Of a stretch of DNA of 64,000 bases, positions 1 through 12,185 are shown in pieces. Source of the DNA: Tricharina praecox (taxonomy: Eukaryota); the NCBI RefSeq assembly GCF_024521635.1, contig NW_026250415.1, positions 62,001 to 126,000 on the forward strand, read 5' to 3'. The notes below the pieces were generated by a model that was given only the letters and a program-made list of their open reading frames with translations, had not been told where the DNA came from and made no database searches. The position numbers and the translations under genes are program-made. The stretch's first letter is position 1, and each line of letters begins with the position of its first letter.

Positions 1-437
1 CACGAAAGCCGTCCTCTCAATCCCCTTGCCATCGCCATCCGTCGGGTTCCAAAACGCAACTTGAGCGGTCAGCACAACACAAGATGAGAATCAAGGAAGG
101 GGGTGGAAGTACCTTCATGCATCTGACACCCCTGCGTCAACACTTCATGTGCAAGATCAAGCGACTGGAGGACCTCCAGCGTCCTCGGCTGCAAGCCATC
201 GGCCTGGCCCGCATGGACACTCTCCGGCTTCGAGTCGACGGTGAGGACGGAGGCGAGCCCGTAGCGGGCGAGGAGAACCGACGAGAGGATCCCCGCGGGC
301 CCGGAGCCCACGACGACTACCTCGTAATTGTCTCCCTCAGTCGGCGGCGGGGCAGCGAGCCGCGGCAGCGCAGTGAGGTGCGCGGGGTTGATCCGCGTGT
401 CGCGAGCGTCGTGTGCGGATTCGACGAAGACTGGCAT
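1..437 (-). CDS. FAD-dependent phenol 2-monooxygenase-like protein, 5' part (runs off the window start)
   Basis: Rossmann motif VVVGSGPAG and family motif GQADGLQPRTLEVL. Intron 60-112 (GTACTT...CTGAC...AAG) joins MHE to VAFWNPTDGDGKGIERTAFV. Confidence 0.9.
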
Positions 438-2232
438 CTTGCGTGCGTGCGTGAGTGAGTGAGTGAGTGGGGCCCGGAGGGATGTAGGTTGGTGGACACG
501 GACAGGACTGATGTTGAGGACGGTCAGCGGCTGGATGGCGCTATATACCTATTCTGTAGGTATGCACAAACATACACAGCCGCTCATTCCTACATATGTT
601 ACATGTACGCCGGCGGATGTTGATCAACACCGTATATCCATATATCCACCCGGCTCCGGGGATCGCGCACGCCTGGAAGTGCCACTGCACCTCGCCCCTC
701 CCGTCCCCACTATGCAGCCCCGCTATGTGCTTCCCGCTGTGGACTCGTTCCAGAAGGGTGGGTGAGGGGATGGGTATAATGCCGGTATGTACCTTACCTC
801 ACCTTACATGAGTACCTTACCATACCTTTCCATATCATACCATATCATACCTCGCCATAGGGCAACATCCCACCTTGGGCCGGCCAGAGCACCGTAACTA
901 GGTCCGTAGCTGCTGAGTACGTAGGTGCAAGTGGATGTGTAAGTGCTTAACTCAACCTGACAATACAAGTTGTAAGTTCCCAACGTCTCTCGCTTCGGAA
1001 TTAAGTACATATGCACATGTGCAGGTAATAGGTGTGTGATAGAAAATGTGGGATAGGTACATACAATTTTTACCCCATAAATCCATGGGGGGTAATCACT
1101 TACATACATACGCCCCTCCCCCACTATGATGCGCATTCAAAATTTGGAAGGATCCGTCAGGTTATGTTAAGCACTTACACATCGGCAGGCTAACCGAGTG
1201 TAGAGTACCCCAGCGCACTAGTGGTGCATCCATGCGCGCGTGTGTGTGGGCGTATATGCGGGGGTGTGTGTGGTGGGGCCATAGACGGTTAACTATGGCC
1301 GAGGACCGTGCCGTGGTGGACACTCGACACGGAGTCTGGAGGATGGGAACCGACGGGTGCGGGGGAGGTCTGGGTGAGGAGGTATGACATAGCTACATCG
1401 TGTGGGTTGTGGGTTGCACGGTGGTGGGATCATGGGATTGGGGGAGGGTGTGAATCGTACCTAGAGTACCTATGGTACTACCAGTACTTCCGAAGCCGGA
1501 TTTACATAGGTAGCATTGCGGTGAGCCGGATTAACTACTGGTAGGTACTGGTAGATCCGGCGAGCGCTACTTTCCCCGACTTCGTCAATTACTGGTAGTT
1601 AAGTATTTGGTAATACTTCCGAGTCCCAACATTGTCTCACCGAATTATTCCGTCGCTCGTCGTTCGTCGTGAGCCCGCCAGGCTGACAGACAGGATTCTT
1701 CCAAGCTCCGTACTCCAAAACCGCCAATCAGAGTGTCACTGTCTCACCTACGTCAGCCGAATACCAAAGCCGATCTCGGAAGTACTCGAGCCTTGCACCT
1801 TACACACACAGTTGCACAGTTGCAGTTACACAGCACTCAGCGGCGCCAGCCAGCCTCGTCTCGTCATGAAACCGTACTCGATTCTCGCTCATGTGGCTAA
1901 ATGCTGAAATTTGCGGTGTGACCGAGACCGAGGCTGAGTGCGCGATATAGTAGGGCTTTGCGAAGAAACATACCATATACCGTATTGCGTGACTGGGCGG
2001 AAAGGCCGTCTCGGCAAGGTTTATTGCACGAAGCCCGTTAGGTGTCGGGCCTGCCCGTCAGGATCTGGTTCTCCTGATGGTTATGTGCGCGCCCTCTTAC
2101 CAACTGTTTCACCTTCGCTAGAAGTAGTATTTGAGAAGTCTAGGTGCCAATATGTATGGAGAAGGTAGGGGACCCCGTCTTCGGTTCGTTCAGAAATACG
2201 GTGCGAGCCAAACAGGGCCTAGGTATAATAAA

Positions 2233-2373
2233 CAGTTTGTTTATTGGAATTTGGAACAATACTCTTCCAAACCCCAGTTCATCCATCCATCGGTTCCATC
2301 GGTTCCAACTTCCAAACAGTGCAAGACTCAGGCTCAACTTAAGTTCCAAGTGTCAGCCCAAGTGCCAGCACTA
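2233..2373 (-). mobile_element. Short dispersed repeat / putative hAT-like MITE relic, copy 1 (homologous to 27528-27669)
   Basis: Reverse complement shares GCTGGCACTTGG, TTGAGCC(T)TGAGTCTTGCACTGT, GTTTGGAA and GGGTTT..GAAGAG.A.TGTTCCAA in the same order with 27528-27669. No TSD found. Confidence 0.6.
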
Positions 2374-2839
2374 AAATCCTCAACACATGTACATTAAGAT
2401 GTATGTATCATACACAGAAGCGCCAACGCGGGGCAAGCCGCAAGCTTGGTACATACATAGGTAAGTAGGATGTATGTACTCCATTTCCACCTACATAGGT
2501 ACTCCCGTCGAATCTCCAGAGTCAGGACATATCGTCCAGACTCCATTCCAGCCATGTCATCGGGACCCGAATACCTACCTACATATTCCCCGGACCCCGA
2601 GTGAGTGTAGTTAAGCGGTGATGGCTGTTATTTACTTGTTCTATTCTGATATACATACGATAGTTAAAGCTTCGGAGGCGATCCTCTGCGCTTGCTCTTC
2701 TGGTAGGGTAGAACCTCGGCGCCTACTCTGGCGGAGGATCACAGTCGCTCACTCCCCACTCCACTCATCACTACACTCGTCTGTGTTGCGAACGTGAATG
2801 GGATCTCCAAGAACTAGTCGTTTTTGACCTATCTCACAT

Positions 2840-3299
2840 CCCTCGCATCCGCTACTCCCTGGTCATCCACGCAACCTCAATTCTCTACCCTTCACCAATT
2901 CACCCTCGCATCCGCTACTCCCGATTCACTCACGCAGCCTGATTCTCTACCGTTCACCCACCGTTCACCCACCACTCGACCACACATGACACCGTGGAGT
3001 GGAGTGAAGTGCGTCACCGTGAACAACAGCTAGCAGGAAAAGTCGATGTTGGTGGTCGCCATTGTCTAGTAAGGCCGCATTGCTCTCTCTCTCCCTCTCC
3101 CTCTCTCACACACCATGGATAGGAACCCCAAGGACCAATCGTTTTTTGTCTCCCTCACCTCCACCATCTCCCCCATCTCTATCCACCCAAGTCCCACGCA
3201 GCCTGGATTTGCACCATTTACTGGAAGGACCCGACGACCGAGATGGAGAGAAGTAAAGTGGTATATTCAGGTCTAGGAGGTACTCTACAGGTACAAGAG

Positions 3300-3338
<39 letters not shown>

Positions 3339-3645
3339 GGGAGAAAGAAAAACTAACCTTGGACCTGCTACGGCGCTACGGCGCTACCGCACCGAATACC
3401 TATTCCAAGCACCCACCAACGGTTCTCTGAACGGCTATGTAGTGGACTGCATATTCACAGGAACTCACTCGTTCATACACCATTCACTCACGCAGCCCAT
3501 TCACCCATGCAGCCTGTTTCTCTGTCGTTCACACTCACATCCACCATCTCTATTCACCCACGCAGCTGGTTCTCTGCCACTCATTGAGTTCACCCATTCA
3601 CCCGCGCAGCCTCTATTCTGTTGATCTCTGCCATTCACATTCACA
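2840..3645. repeat. Degenerate minisatellite (ATTCACCCACGCAGCCTG-TTCTCT motif) plus a (GA)n tract
   Basis: Two ~63-nt direct copies at 2840-2960, more degenerate copies at ~3195 and 3481-3645, and (GA)n at ~3296-3340. Confidence 0.6.
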
Positions 3646-4187
3646 ACAACAGCAATCCCGTAACTAAAATTACATCCCCATCCACCACCCGCCTTCCCCA
3701 ATCCCCCTTCCCCATCACACCCCTTCATATATAAATGTCCATCATCTCACATCCCATATCCCACAAGATCCCACATCCCATCGCGCCGCATGCATAGAAA
3801 GTAGTAGTCAATGGAATGAGTAAAAAACAATATAGGTATCCCAAACCAGAAAACCAAATAGAAGCAAACGAAAAGATGAAAAAAAAGAGTCCCAAACAGA
3901 AAGAAAAAAGAAAAAACGAGATCGAATCGAAACCCACACTAAAAGGAGAAGAAAAAATAGTGACAAAGAAACGAAAATGAACAACCAAAGCCAAAGCAAA
4001 ACCCCGGGTATATACGTACATCTACAGACCGACCGACCGACCTCGGACCGACCGACCAAGCAAACAACCAAACAAGCAACCAGAGCGCGCACACATAAGA
4101 AAAATTTCCGTACCGTAAAAGCAGATCCCACCCCGAACAAAAGAAAGAAAGAATCAAGATACACCGACTCACGCACTCAACACCTCG

Positions 4188-7100
4188 CTACTTTGCCGCA
4201 CCCCCAGCCCCACCCTCGAGCTTACCGGGACAGTACCGGCTGACCATCTGCTTGATCTGCGGTCTTTTGATCGGCTTCGACAGGAAGCAGTCCATCCCCG
4301 ACTCGTAGCACTCTTTGATGTTGCTCTCCTCGGCGAACGCCGTGAGCGAGACGATTGGCGCGCCATATCCCAGTGCGCGTATCTGCCGCGTCGCTTCGAG
4401 ACCGTCCATGTTCGGCATCTGTCCTGCGTTAGCACAAGCTCCGCCAAGGAGAGGGGAACAAAGGAAAGTACGTACCTGGATATCCATAAAGATGATGTCG
4501 AACTTGGAACCCTTAGCCATGACTTCCTTGACCTTGTCGACCGCCTGGACGCCGTCTTCGGCAACGGTAATCTCTTGAACCTTCTCCAGCTGCAGCACTT
4601 TGACGACCAGTTTTTGGTTGATCTTGTTGTCCTCGACCACGAGGCAGCGGATAGTCTTATCCTCTTCCTCCTCCTCGTCCTCATCGTCCGTCTCCTGCCG
4701 CTCCTCCTCCTCGTCCTCCTCCGAAACGATCGACACCCCGGGCCCTGGCTTCTCCTCGGAATCCGAAGGTCCATCGCTGCGCATCGGAAACTCCATTCGT
4801 GTGGAACCCTTCATGGTCCCCGGCGTGGTGACCTCCACGACCGGCGTCATCATCGGTGGATGCGGTAGATGCGGTGAAGGATGCTGAGCCTGTTTTCCGG
4901 AACCGTCGTCGTCCGAATCATCGCTGGCACTCGTCATCCCTTCCTGCTGATCCGCCATCTCAAACTCGTTCATGCTCTCGGCTCTACTGGGAACAAAGAA
5001 CGGTTGCGACAGGCCGACCAGGCGCATATTTCCATCCTGGGCCGTCGGCGCTTCGTGTGTGCTTCGGCCGCTGAATGCCGGACCCGAGAAGGCGCTGAGA
5101 CTGCGAGTGGTGGTCTGCGCACTACGTCTACTCCGAGTGACCGATAGTGGTCGCCCGTATTGCTGGCTCGATCCGGCGGCGGATTGACTGGCCGACGAGT
5201 ATTGCATCGGTATCCGCAGGCTGAAGGTGCTCCCTGCGCCCTCGAAACTCTTGAGGTGGATATCGCCGCCCATGAGCTTGCTCAGCTGTTGACAGATACT
5301 CAGTCCCAGCCCCGTACCGCCGTATTTCCGAGACAACCCCACGTCCGCCTGCACGAACGGTTCAAAGATCTTCTGTTGCATGTGCTCCGGCACTCCCGGT
5401 CCCGTATCGATGACGCGGAACTCGACCCAGTGCGTTGCGGCACTGGTCGAAGGCGAAGCGGCGCGGGATCTAGGGGCATCGGCTGCAGTCTCGGGATTCA
5501 ACAACCTCTTCGATCGTGTCAGGAACGCCTTCGTCACATCCGATCCGGCATTATTAGGTCCGGATGCGGTCGAGTGCCTGGTGAACAGCGGTGGCCGCGA
5601 TGGCCGAGTCTGGCTGACGGGGCTGGAAGGAGATGCCGAGGCGGACGGCGATAGTGGCGGAGTCGTTTGTGCCCAGTTGCCGGGGGTGTCCTTAAAGAAA
5701 ATCGGAGAAGCCATGTAGTCCTTCTCCGTGACCTCGGTGTACGGAGTGATATCCATCGAGCCGGCATCGGGCATCGTTTCGATGACAATACGCAACATCA
5801 CCGAGCCATTCTCGCCAGTGAACTTCAACGCATTGGAAATGAGGTTCTGTTCATCAGTCGGTCAGCACACTCTACTCTTCTCAGCTCATACGCACACATC
5901 TGCGAGAGAGAGAGAGAGAGAGAAAAAAAGAAGAAAAACTCACAATGATGACCTGTAGAATCCGATTGACATCGCCAACCAAGACGAAATCGATCCCATC
6001 GGATGGCATGACCTCGCAGGTAAGTTCAATCTTCCTCTCCTTGGCCTGGCTGGTAAAGAAGGCCATGACCTGGGAGATGAACTCGCGCACAAGGAACGGC
6101 CCCGTCTCCATCTTGACCTGCGCACCCCAAACCTGATTCTTCGAGAAAGTGATCAGATCTGTCAAGAGATGCAACAGCAATTCTCCACTCTTGAAGACCA
6201 CACCCAGGTTTTCCCGTGCGCTCTGCGGCAGATTCGTCTCTTCCAGGACCAACGAGCACATTCCGAGGATACCGTTGAGCGGCGTCCGCAACTCGTGCGA
6301 CACGTTAGCGATGAACATCGTCTTGGCCTCGTTCGCCGACTCGGCCAGGATCGTCTGTTGCTGCAACTGCTCCGTCCGCTCCTGCACCTTCTCTTCCAGC
6401 TTCTCGTACTGCCCCAACAACTCCTCCGTCATCGCGTTGAACGTATCGACCAGCGCCGTCAGCTCATCCTTGACGAAATGACGTCCCACCGGCACCTTTT
6501 GCGGGATCCGGAAGTTGTCGCGTCGGCCAGAGGAATTCCGACTCGAAACGTCGGATATGCTCTCGGCGTCCCATCCCCTGTGACCCAGCTTACCCAGCAG
6601 CCTCAACGGCGACCACCACGGCCGCTTCTTGGGTTCTTCGCGGTACTCGGGAGGTCGTCCACACAGCTTCGTGGCTTCGTGTAGTCGACGGATGGGTCGG
6701 ACGGCGAAGTGCGCGATGGGGAAAGTAGTAATCTACGTCACATTAGCCAGAACTCTCCACACAATCTCTCTCCCAAGAATCCCCAAACCCACCAGTATGA
6801 TGAGCACAGTGCCAAAGACGGTCCCCACCACGATCCTTCTCAGCTTATACATCGGTTCGAAAGCCTCGGAATGCGCCTGCTGCACGATGAGGAGGAACGA
6901 CGAATTCGTCGCGTCGAAAGCAACGGTTGCAAACCTAACCCGGGTCCGCCGTCAGCACCATCAACGCAAGACGAAACAAGAAAACCGGTGATGCCCACCC
7001 TATCGACGACTGCTGTCCGAAGCCGTCCTTCGAGTCGAGGCTCACACTGCTGTAGTTGCCCATTCCACTCGCCGCATGCCACGCGTCGTACGCCCGCGGA

Positions 7101-8405
7101 TACTGTTTGACCGGCTGCGTCTGGAGAACGACCTCCGGCCTGTTTTTAGGTGGTAGGATGTACTGATAATTGTCGGTGGCCCTGTTGATGGCGAACTCTC
7201 CCGTCGCATTGTTCCAGCGATTAAGCCGGTTCTCGGGCCCTAGCAGCAGCACCTGTCCCGTTTCCCCCAGTCCCATGGTATTGTTCGTCACCTCCAGCAG
7301 CGAATGTATGTTGAAGACCACCGTCATGTACCCCATGGTATCCCTCTCGCTCGGCACGGCCGTGGTATTGTTGAAGACGGGCACGGTGAGCGAAGCCACG
7401 TACACGGCGCCCGACTGGCCCTCGTCCCTCCTCTCGAAAGTCACCGGGCCCAGGAACACGCCGTCCCCATTGATGTCTTCGGGCGAGATGCCCTCCCTAT
7501 CCTGCGCCGGTATCAAGCTCCTGAACTCGGGCGGTGCGCCATCGATCGCATTCCACGCGGCAACATCGTCCACGCTATCGTAGATACCCTGCTGTGTGAG
7601 ATTGTACACATCCGCCAGATTCAAGAGATCATATCCCTCGATCGAGGTGATGTTCAGATAGCAACGATCGAGCGTCTTGTTCTGAACCGAAACGTACAGC
7701 ACATCCGGATACGTCGAGAGGAGTATACTAAACGACTTCCCGGCAGCAGTCCAATTGCGCGTAAAGTTCTCGTGGGCCTCGGGGATGGCGAGGGCATTGA
7801 CGATATTGGCGCGGGCGGCGAGCGAGCGCGCGGTGGTGGTGAATACGAGCAGCGTCTGCGATAGCTCTTTTGATTTCAACGCGGCAATGACTTCGAGGCG
7901 GGACGAGCGGAGGTCGGACACGAGGTTGTTGCTGTAGTACCACTAAAAAACGCAACGGCAATGCCGACGTCAGCTACAAAAAAAAAGTATCTACGCACAG
8001 CCACTCATCACGACGTCACGAAGAATAAGATGTCTCGGGGGTGTTCTCCGAGCCTCGGAGGAAAAAAAAATGAAAAATAAAGATAAAAATATACGGCGCG
8101 CAGTAACCGCATAGGGGAATTCAAGACGAACCGTTATGATGGCGAGTAAGCCCACCGCAAAAAGAGCCGTTATAGTGACCAAGGCCTGTTTGAGTAAAAA
8201 CGATTGTCAGTCAGCGGATGGTGATCATCACCGAAAGAAAAGAGAAAAGTATTGACGTGACGTTCCGCGGATCAGAGACGGGGATTGTCCAGTTGTCATG
8301 TAGATTCTTTCTCTTTGTGGCGGGGGGACGGGGGATGGGGGGATGGGGGACGGGGGGGGAAGTGTTCTTGCATACACACAACTGATATTTCAGATTGATC
8401 TTCAT
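4188..8405 (-). CDS. SLN1: Transmembrane hybrid histidine kinase, Sln1/TcsB type (osmosensor of the HOG phosphorelay)
   Basis: Reconstructed exons 8376-8405, 8132-8185, 6999-7942, 6793-6934, 5944-6732, 4476-5846, 4188-4418 stay in frame. Two TM segments flank an N-glycosylation-rich extracellular loop. H-box ANVSHELRTPLNGILG, N-box NLISNALKF, G-boxes DTGPG and GGTGLGLSI, receiver FMDIQMPNMDG...KP. An in-frame upstream ATG at 8702 is an alternative start. Confidence 0.92.
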
Positions 8406-9938
8406 GGCACTTTTGTGGTTGCGGCGGGCGACGATATCGCTACCGGAGGAAGGAAGGGACGGTGTCGAGATATGGTGGGCGATGATTGCCGAGTCGATGC
8501 TGGGTGGTCGAGGGATGTCTGGCGACGGTGGTGGAGAGTGAAGCGGCGGCGACGACGACGGCGGAGGACGTGGACTAGTCGTAGGAGGAGGAGGAGGAGG
8601 AGGAGGTGGTGGTGTTGGTGATGGGGATGGTGGGTGTTGTGGAGGAGGAGCTCTGTGGACTGCCTCTCTCTCTCTTTCGCTTTCTCTTTCTCTCCCGTGC
8701 ATTCACTGCTCGTGCGGTGGAGTAGTATGGGTAAGAGTAGGAGGGGGAGGAGCAAGAGGAGTAGGGGAAGGAGGAGGAGGGGGTGGAGGAGGAACAGCAC
8801 CAGCAGCAACAATAGCAGGAGGAGGAGGAGATGGTAGTGTCCGCAGTAGTAGTAGTGGCCGTGCCTGATAGTGGCCGTAGCGGGAGTGGATGTGGCCCAG
8901 GATTGTTCCGGTCCGCTGCTGCTGGTGTGGCGGTAGTGGAAGTGGTAGTCGTCTCTGGCCGTCCGAGTGAGGACATGTGGGTTTTCCCGGTCTCGTCGTT
9001 CAGTTCCGCATGTGTGAGTGGTCAGTCGGTGGTAGGGGAGGAGAAGAAGCGGAAGCCGTGATATGGGATTGCTTGGATTGCCTGGGGAGGGGGGGGGGGG
9101 GGGGGCGGGTTGCTCGTTCTCGCTGAACAACCTTAGCGGGACCCTCTGCCTGCGTTTCTTTTTCGTTTCTTTTTCTTTTTGTTCGTTTTTCTTTCCTTTG
9201 TTTTTTTCTTCTCTTTACCCCGGTGGGACGGACGAGGAGGATGGAGGAATAATAAAAGAGAGAGGCGGGCGGACAGCGAATTCGGATTCGCCTCTCATGC
9301 ATATGTGCGTAAGGGAGCAGTAGTACTCTAGATGTGAAGAGTATGGTATGTACATTAGGTGGAGGTAGCACCCGTCCCCTTGACGCAGACGGGAAGGAAG
9401 CAGAAGCAGAAGCAGAAGCAGAAGTAGCACTCGCTCGCTCACGGTGGAATAGTAGGTATTACATATTGGTCTGCATGTTTTGGGGCGCTGGACATGGACT
9501 CGGCTGGGCATGGGCATGAGCACTGTCGGTGCACTGGTACATAGGAAAGTATCGCGGCCCCACAGCTTGGGCAATGGGGATCCTGCACGCGGTGGGGTGG
9601 TGGTGGTGGTAGTGGAGCACGAGCTTCTCCGCATTATCTCTGCCTCAGAAGGATGGCAGAGTACGAAAGTCCATGTCCCCCCGCCCATGTTCCCCTCCCG
9701 CCTCACCTCACTCCTCCGCCTCACGTCGCCCTCTCTTCGCTGGCACAGAGATCACTGCTCGATGTGGCCGAACAATCAACGGACTTCGCCATCGTCCTGC
9801 AATCTCCATGAACCCGCGTGTCCCGACTCCTCCCAAATCCAAATACACATCAGATCCTCCATGTGTGTCTGTAAACCCATTCAACCGCCGGAGATCCGTA
9901 TCGTGGTTTTTGTTTTATTTTCTCTTTATTTTCTTTTA

Positions 9939-10190
9939 TTTCCTCTCTTTTCTTCTTTTGTCTTTTTTTGTCCTTTTGTCTTTCTTTGTCCTTTCCTCTC
10001 TTTTCTTTTGTCTTTTTTTGTCCTTTTGTCTTTTGTTGTCCTTTCCTCTCTTTTCTTCTTTTGTCTTTTTTTGTCCTTTTGTCTTTTTTTGTTCTTTCCT
10101 CTCTTTTCTTCTTTTGTCTTTTTTTTTCCTTTTGTCTTTTTTTGTTCTTTCCTCTCTTTTCTTCTTTTGTCTTTTTTTTTCCTTTTCTTT
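9939..10190. repeat. Pyrimidine-rich tandem repeat, ~55-nt unit, ~5 copies
   Basis: Recurring TTTCCTCTCTTTTCTTCTTTTGTCTTTTTTTGTCCTTTTGTC unit. Confidence 0.85.
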
Positions 10191-11343
10191 CCGTTCCCTC
10201 TAAAATCTGACTTGCCTTGACTTGCCTTGAACTTGAACTTACCTTGACTTCTCGCTTGCTCAAAAGCCTGCGGATCATCGTTCCGGACGAGGTTGACATC
10301 GACTAAATCTTAGTTCCACGATGCTGGGATCCTGGCACCCCATCACCCTGAAATGCGGTACGGGGGTACGAACTTAGGGTGGGCCTGTGAGGTGACCAGC
10401 CACAGCGTCGGGGAGTGCGAGCGACGGCCGAGGAGGAGGAGGAAGAGGGCGAGTCGACTTCTCACTGGAGTAAACGTCTCCGAAGACGGAGTTGTAGCTT
10501 GCTCGCACAGAAAACAAAACATCCAACTCCCATGCGCACCACGTACCCTACTCGTCAAGAAATCGCCACCTCTACTGCACCACAGCGGGATCTTCTGTAG
10601 GCCTGTAAGCTGTAACGTACGCCACACTGCGTAACCACTCGTCTCTACTCGTCTCTCAGAGCACTCCCCCTCCAGAGTCCATCCACCTCCATCCTGATCC
10701 ACCCTAGCCCCCAGCCAGTGAAACACCGCGATCCCGCTCTGGCCTACCGCAGATTCTGGTCGAACGAACGAGCGAGCGCCACACTCGTCGATCCGGATTC
10801 CTCTCTCTCTTTCTCGGCAAAAACAAGAAAAGCTGACAAATCCCTCTGGAGTCTGCCAGAGCTTGCCTTACGCCTACGCCACACCTCCGAGTCCCCCCGC
10901 CCTCGTCGGAAAAGAAAAAAACAGCTCCACATCCACCACACCACACCATCGACTACGGCATCACTACGGCCGCGGATGCTGTTTCTCGATTTCGCACGCC
11001 GGGGAAGCCGGGGAAGGGAAGCAAGATCGGAGTCGGCCGGGCTGGTTAGGCCCTAGTTGCTAGTTGCTAGTTGCTAGTTGCTAGTTAACTCGCGGTGCGC
11101 CTTGAGCTTGAGGAGGTTTTGCTTTTCTTCTCGCAGTTGACTTCGTTTTTGACTTCGGTGCTAGACAGTTAGCCTCCAGAGTCCAGCGCACCAACGAAGG
11201 TGGATGTAGATCCTGTTTTGTTTGTTTGTTTGTTTGTTTTATTTCTGAGGCTTGCGTGTGGCGACCGACGGTGCATGTGTGTGGCAGGTGCGACAACTGC
11301 GACCGGGTGCCAGGTGGGAGTGCTGACCAGGCCAGGTGGGAGC

Positions 11344-11397
11344 ACAGGTTACAGGTTACAGGTTACAGGTTACAGGTTACAGGTTACAGGTTACAGG
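11344..11397. repeat. (TTACAGG)7 heptamer microsatellite
   Basis: Seven perfect copies at 11349-11397. Confidence 0.95.
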
Positions 11398-11773
11398 CTA
11401 TGTACAGCATCGCACCGTGCACGTCTGGGATGGGATCATGGGAAGGGGTGGTACATATGTCTGGGAAGGGTGGTATGCGATGGGGATGGGATTTCCGAAT
11501 TCCCCATGTCCAGTCTCGGCGTGGGCAGTGGGCACCGACGGATCAATATTTGCGGATGCGGGCCCAGTCCAGCCCGCCCGGCGCCCGCATGCACGCGAGC
11601 TTCGGAGGGCTGCCTGCCTGGTTACTTGGTTACGAGTCTCGGGCTACGGTAGTCATCTCGAATGTCCATCCCACTGGCTCCGTGTTCGAACTTCGAAAGC
11701 CTTATTCTCTGTACAGCGGAAGTCTGAGGATTCGACTCGAGAGCTGCATAGGCAGAGCGGAAATAGATTCACA

Positions 11774-12185
11774 GTGCCAACGAATGATGCGAATCGGGTT
11801 TGCCCCTTCGCGGTGAGTGACTCGTGAGGAGTTCAGTGCCTATCACTGACCACTTCCAACCAGACTAGGGAACTGCCAGAGTAACTAACAGTGCCCACGG
11901 CGAACGACTCTACGCAAGGAGTGAGTACGAATGTACAAGAGTATGTAGATCGATACGTGCCAACGAAAAGAATCGAAATATCGCGATTCGCCCCCTTCGC
12001 GGTGAGCGCGGAATTCGACATTTACATACCAGTAGCTACTAGTTTGTGCCCACTCACCCCATCGCGAAAGAGTTCGAGAATACGAGTCGATAGTTAGCGG
12101 TATGTACTGAGTATAGGGTATGCATACGGTAGAGTAGAGTATGTTCGTGCCAGCGAAGTTTGCCCCTTCGCGGTGAGGAATTCGA
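11774..12185. repeat. Degenerate triplication, ~185-bp period, with conserved cores
   Basis: GTGCCARCGAA at 11774, 11957 and 12147; CCCCTTCGCGGTGAG at 11803, 11992 and 12163. Confidence 0.8.

Noticed and set aside
8211..10299. Many long ORFs (poly-Leu, poly-Phe, poly-Lys/Arg)
   Set aside because: They are translations of microsatellites and purine/pyrimidine tracts, not protein-like.
11774..12185. HDV-like ribozyme or CRISPR-like array
   Set aside because: GCC-CCTTCGC-GGT resembles the HDV P3/L3, but no P1/P2 pseudoknot partners could be found. Spacers are ~170 nt and partly homologous, and the DNA is eukaryotic with no cas genes.
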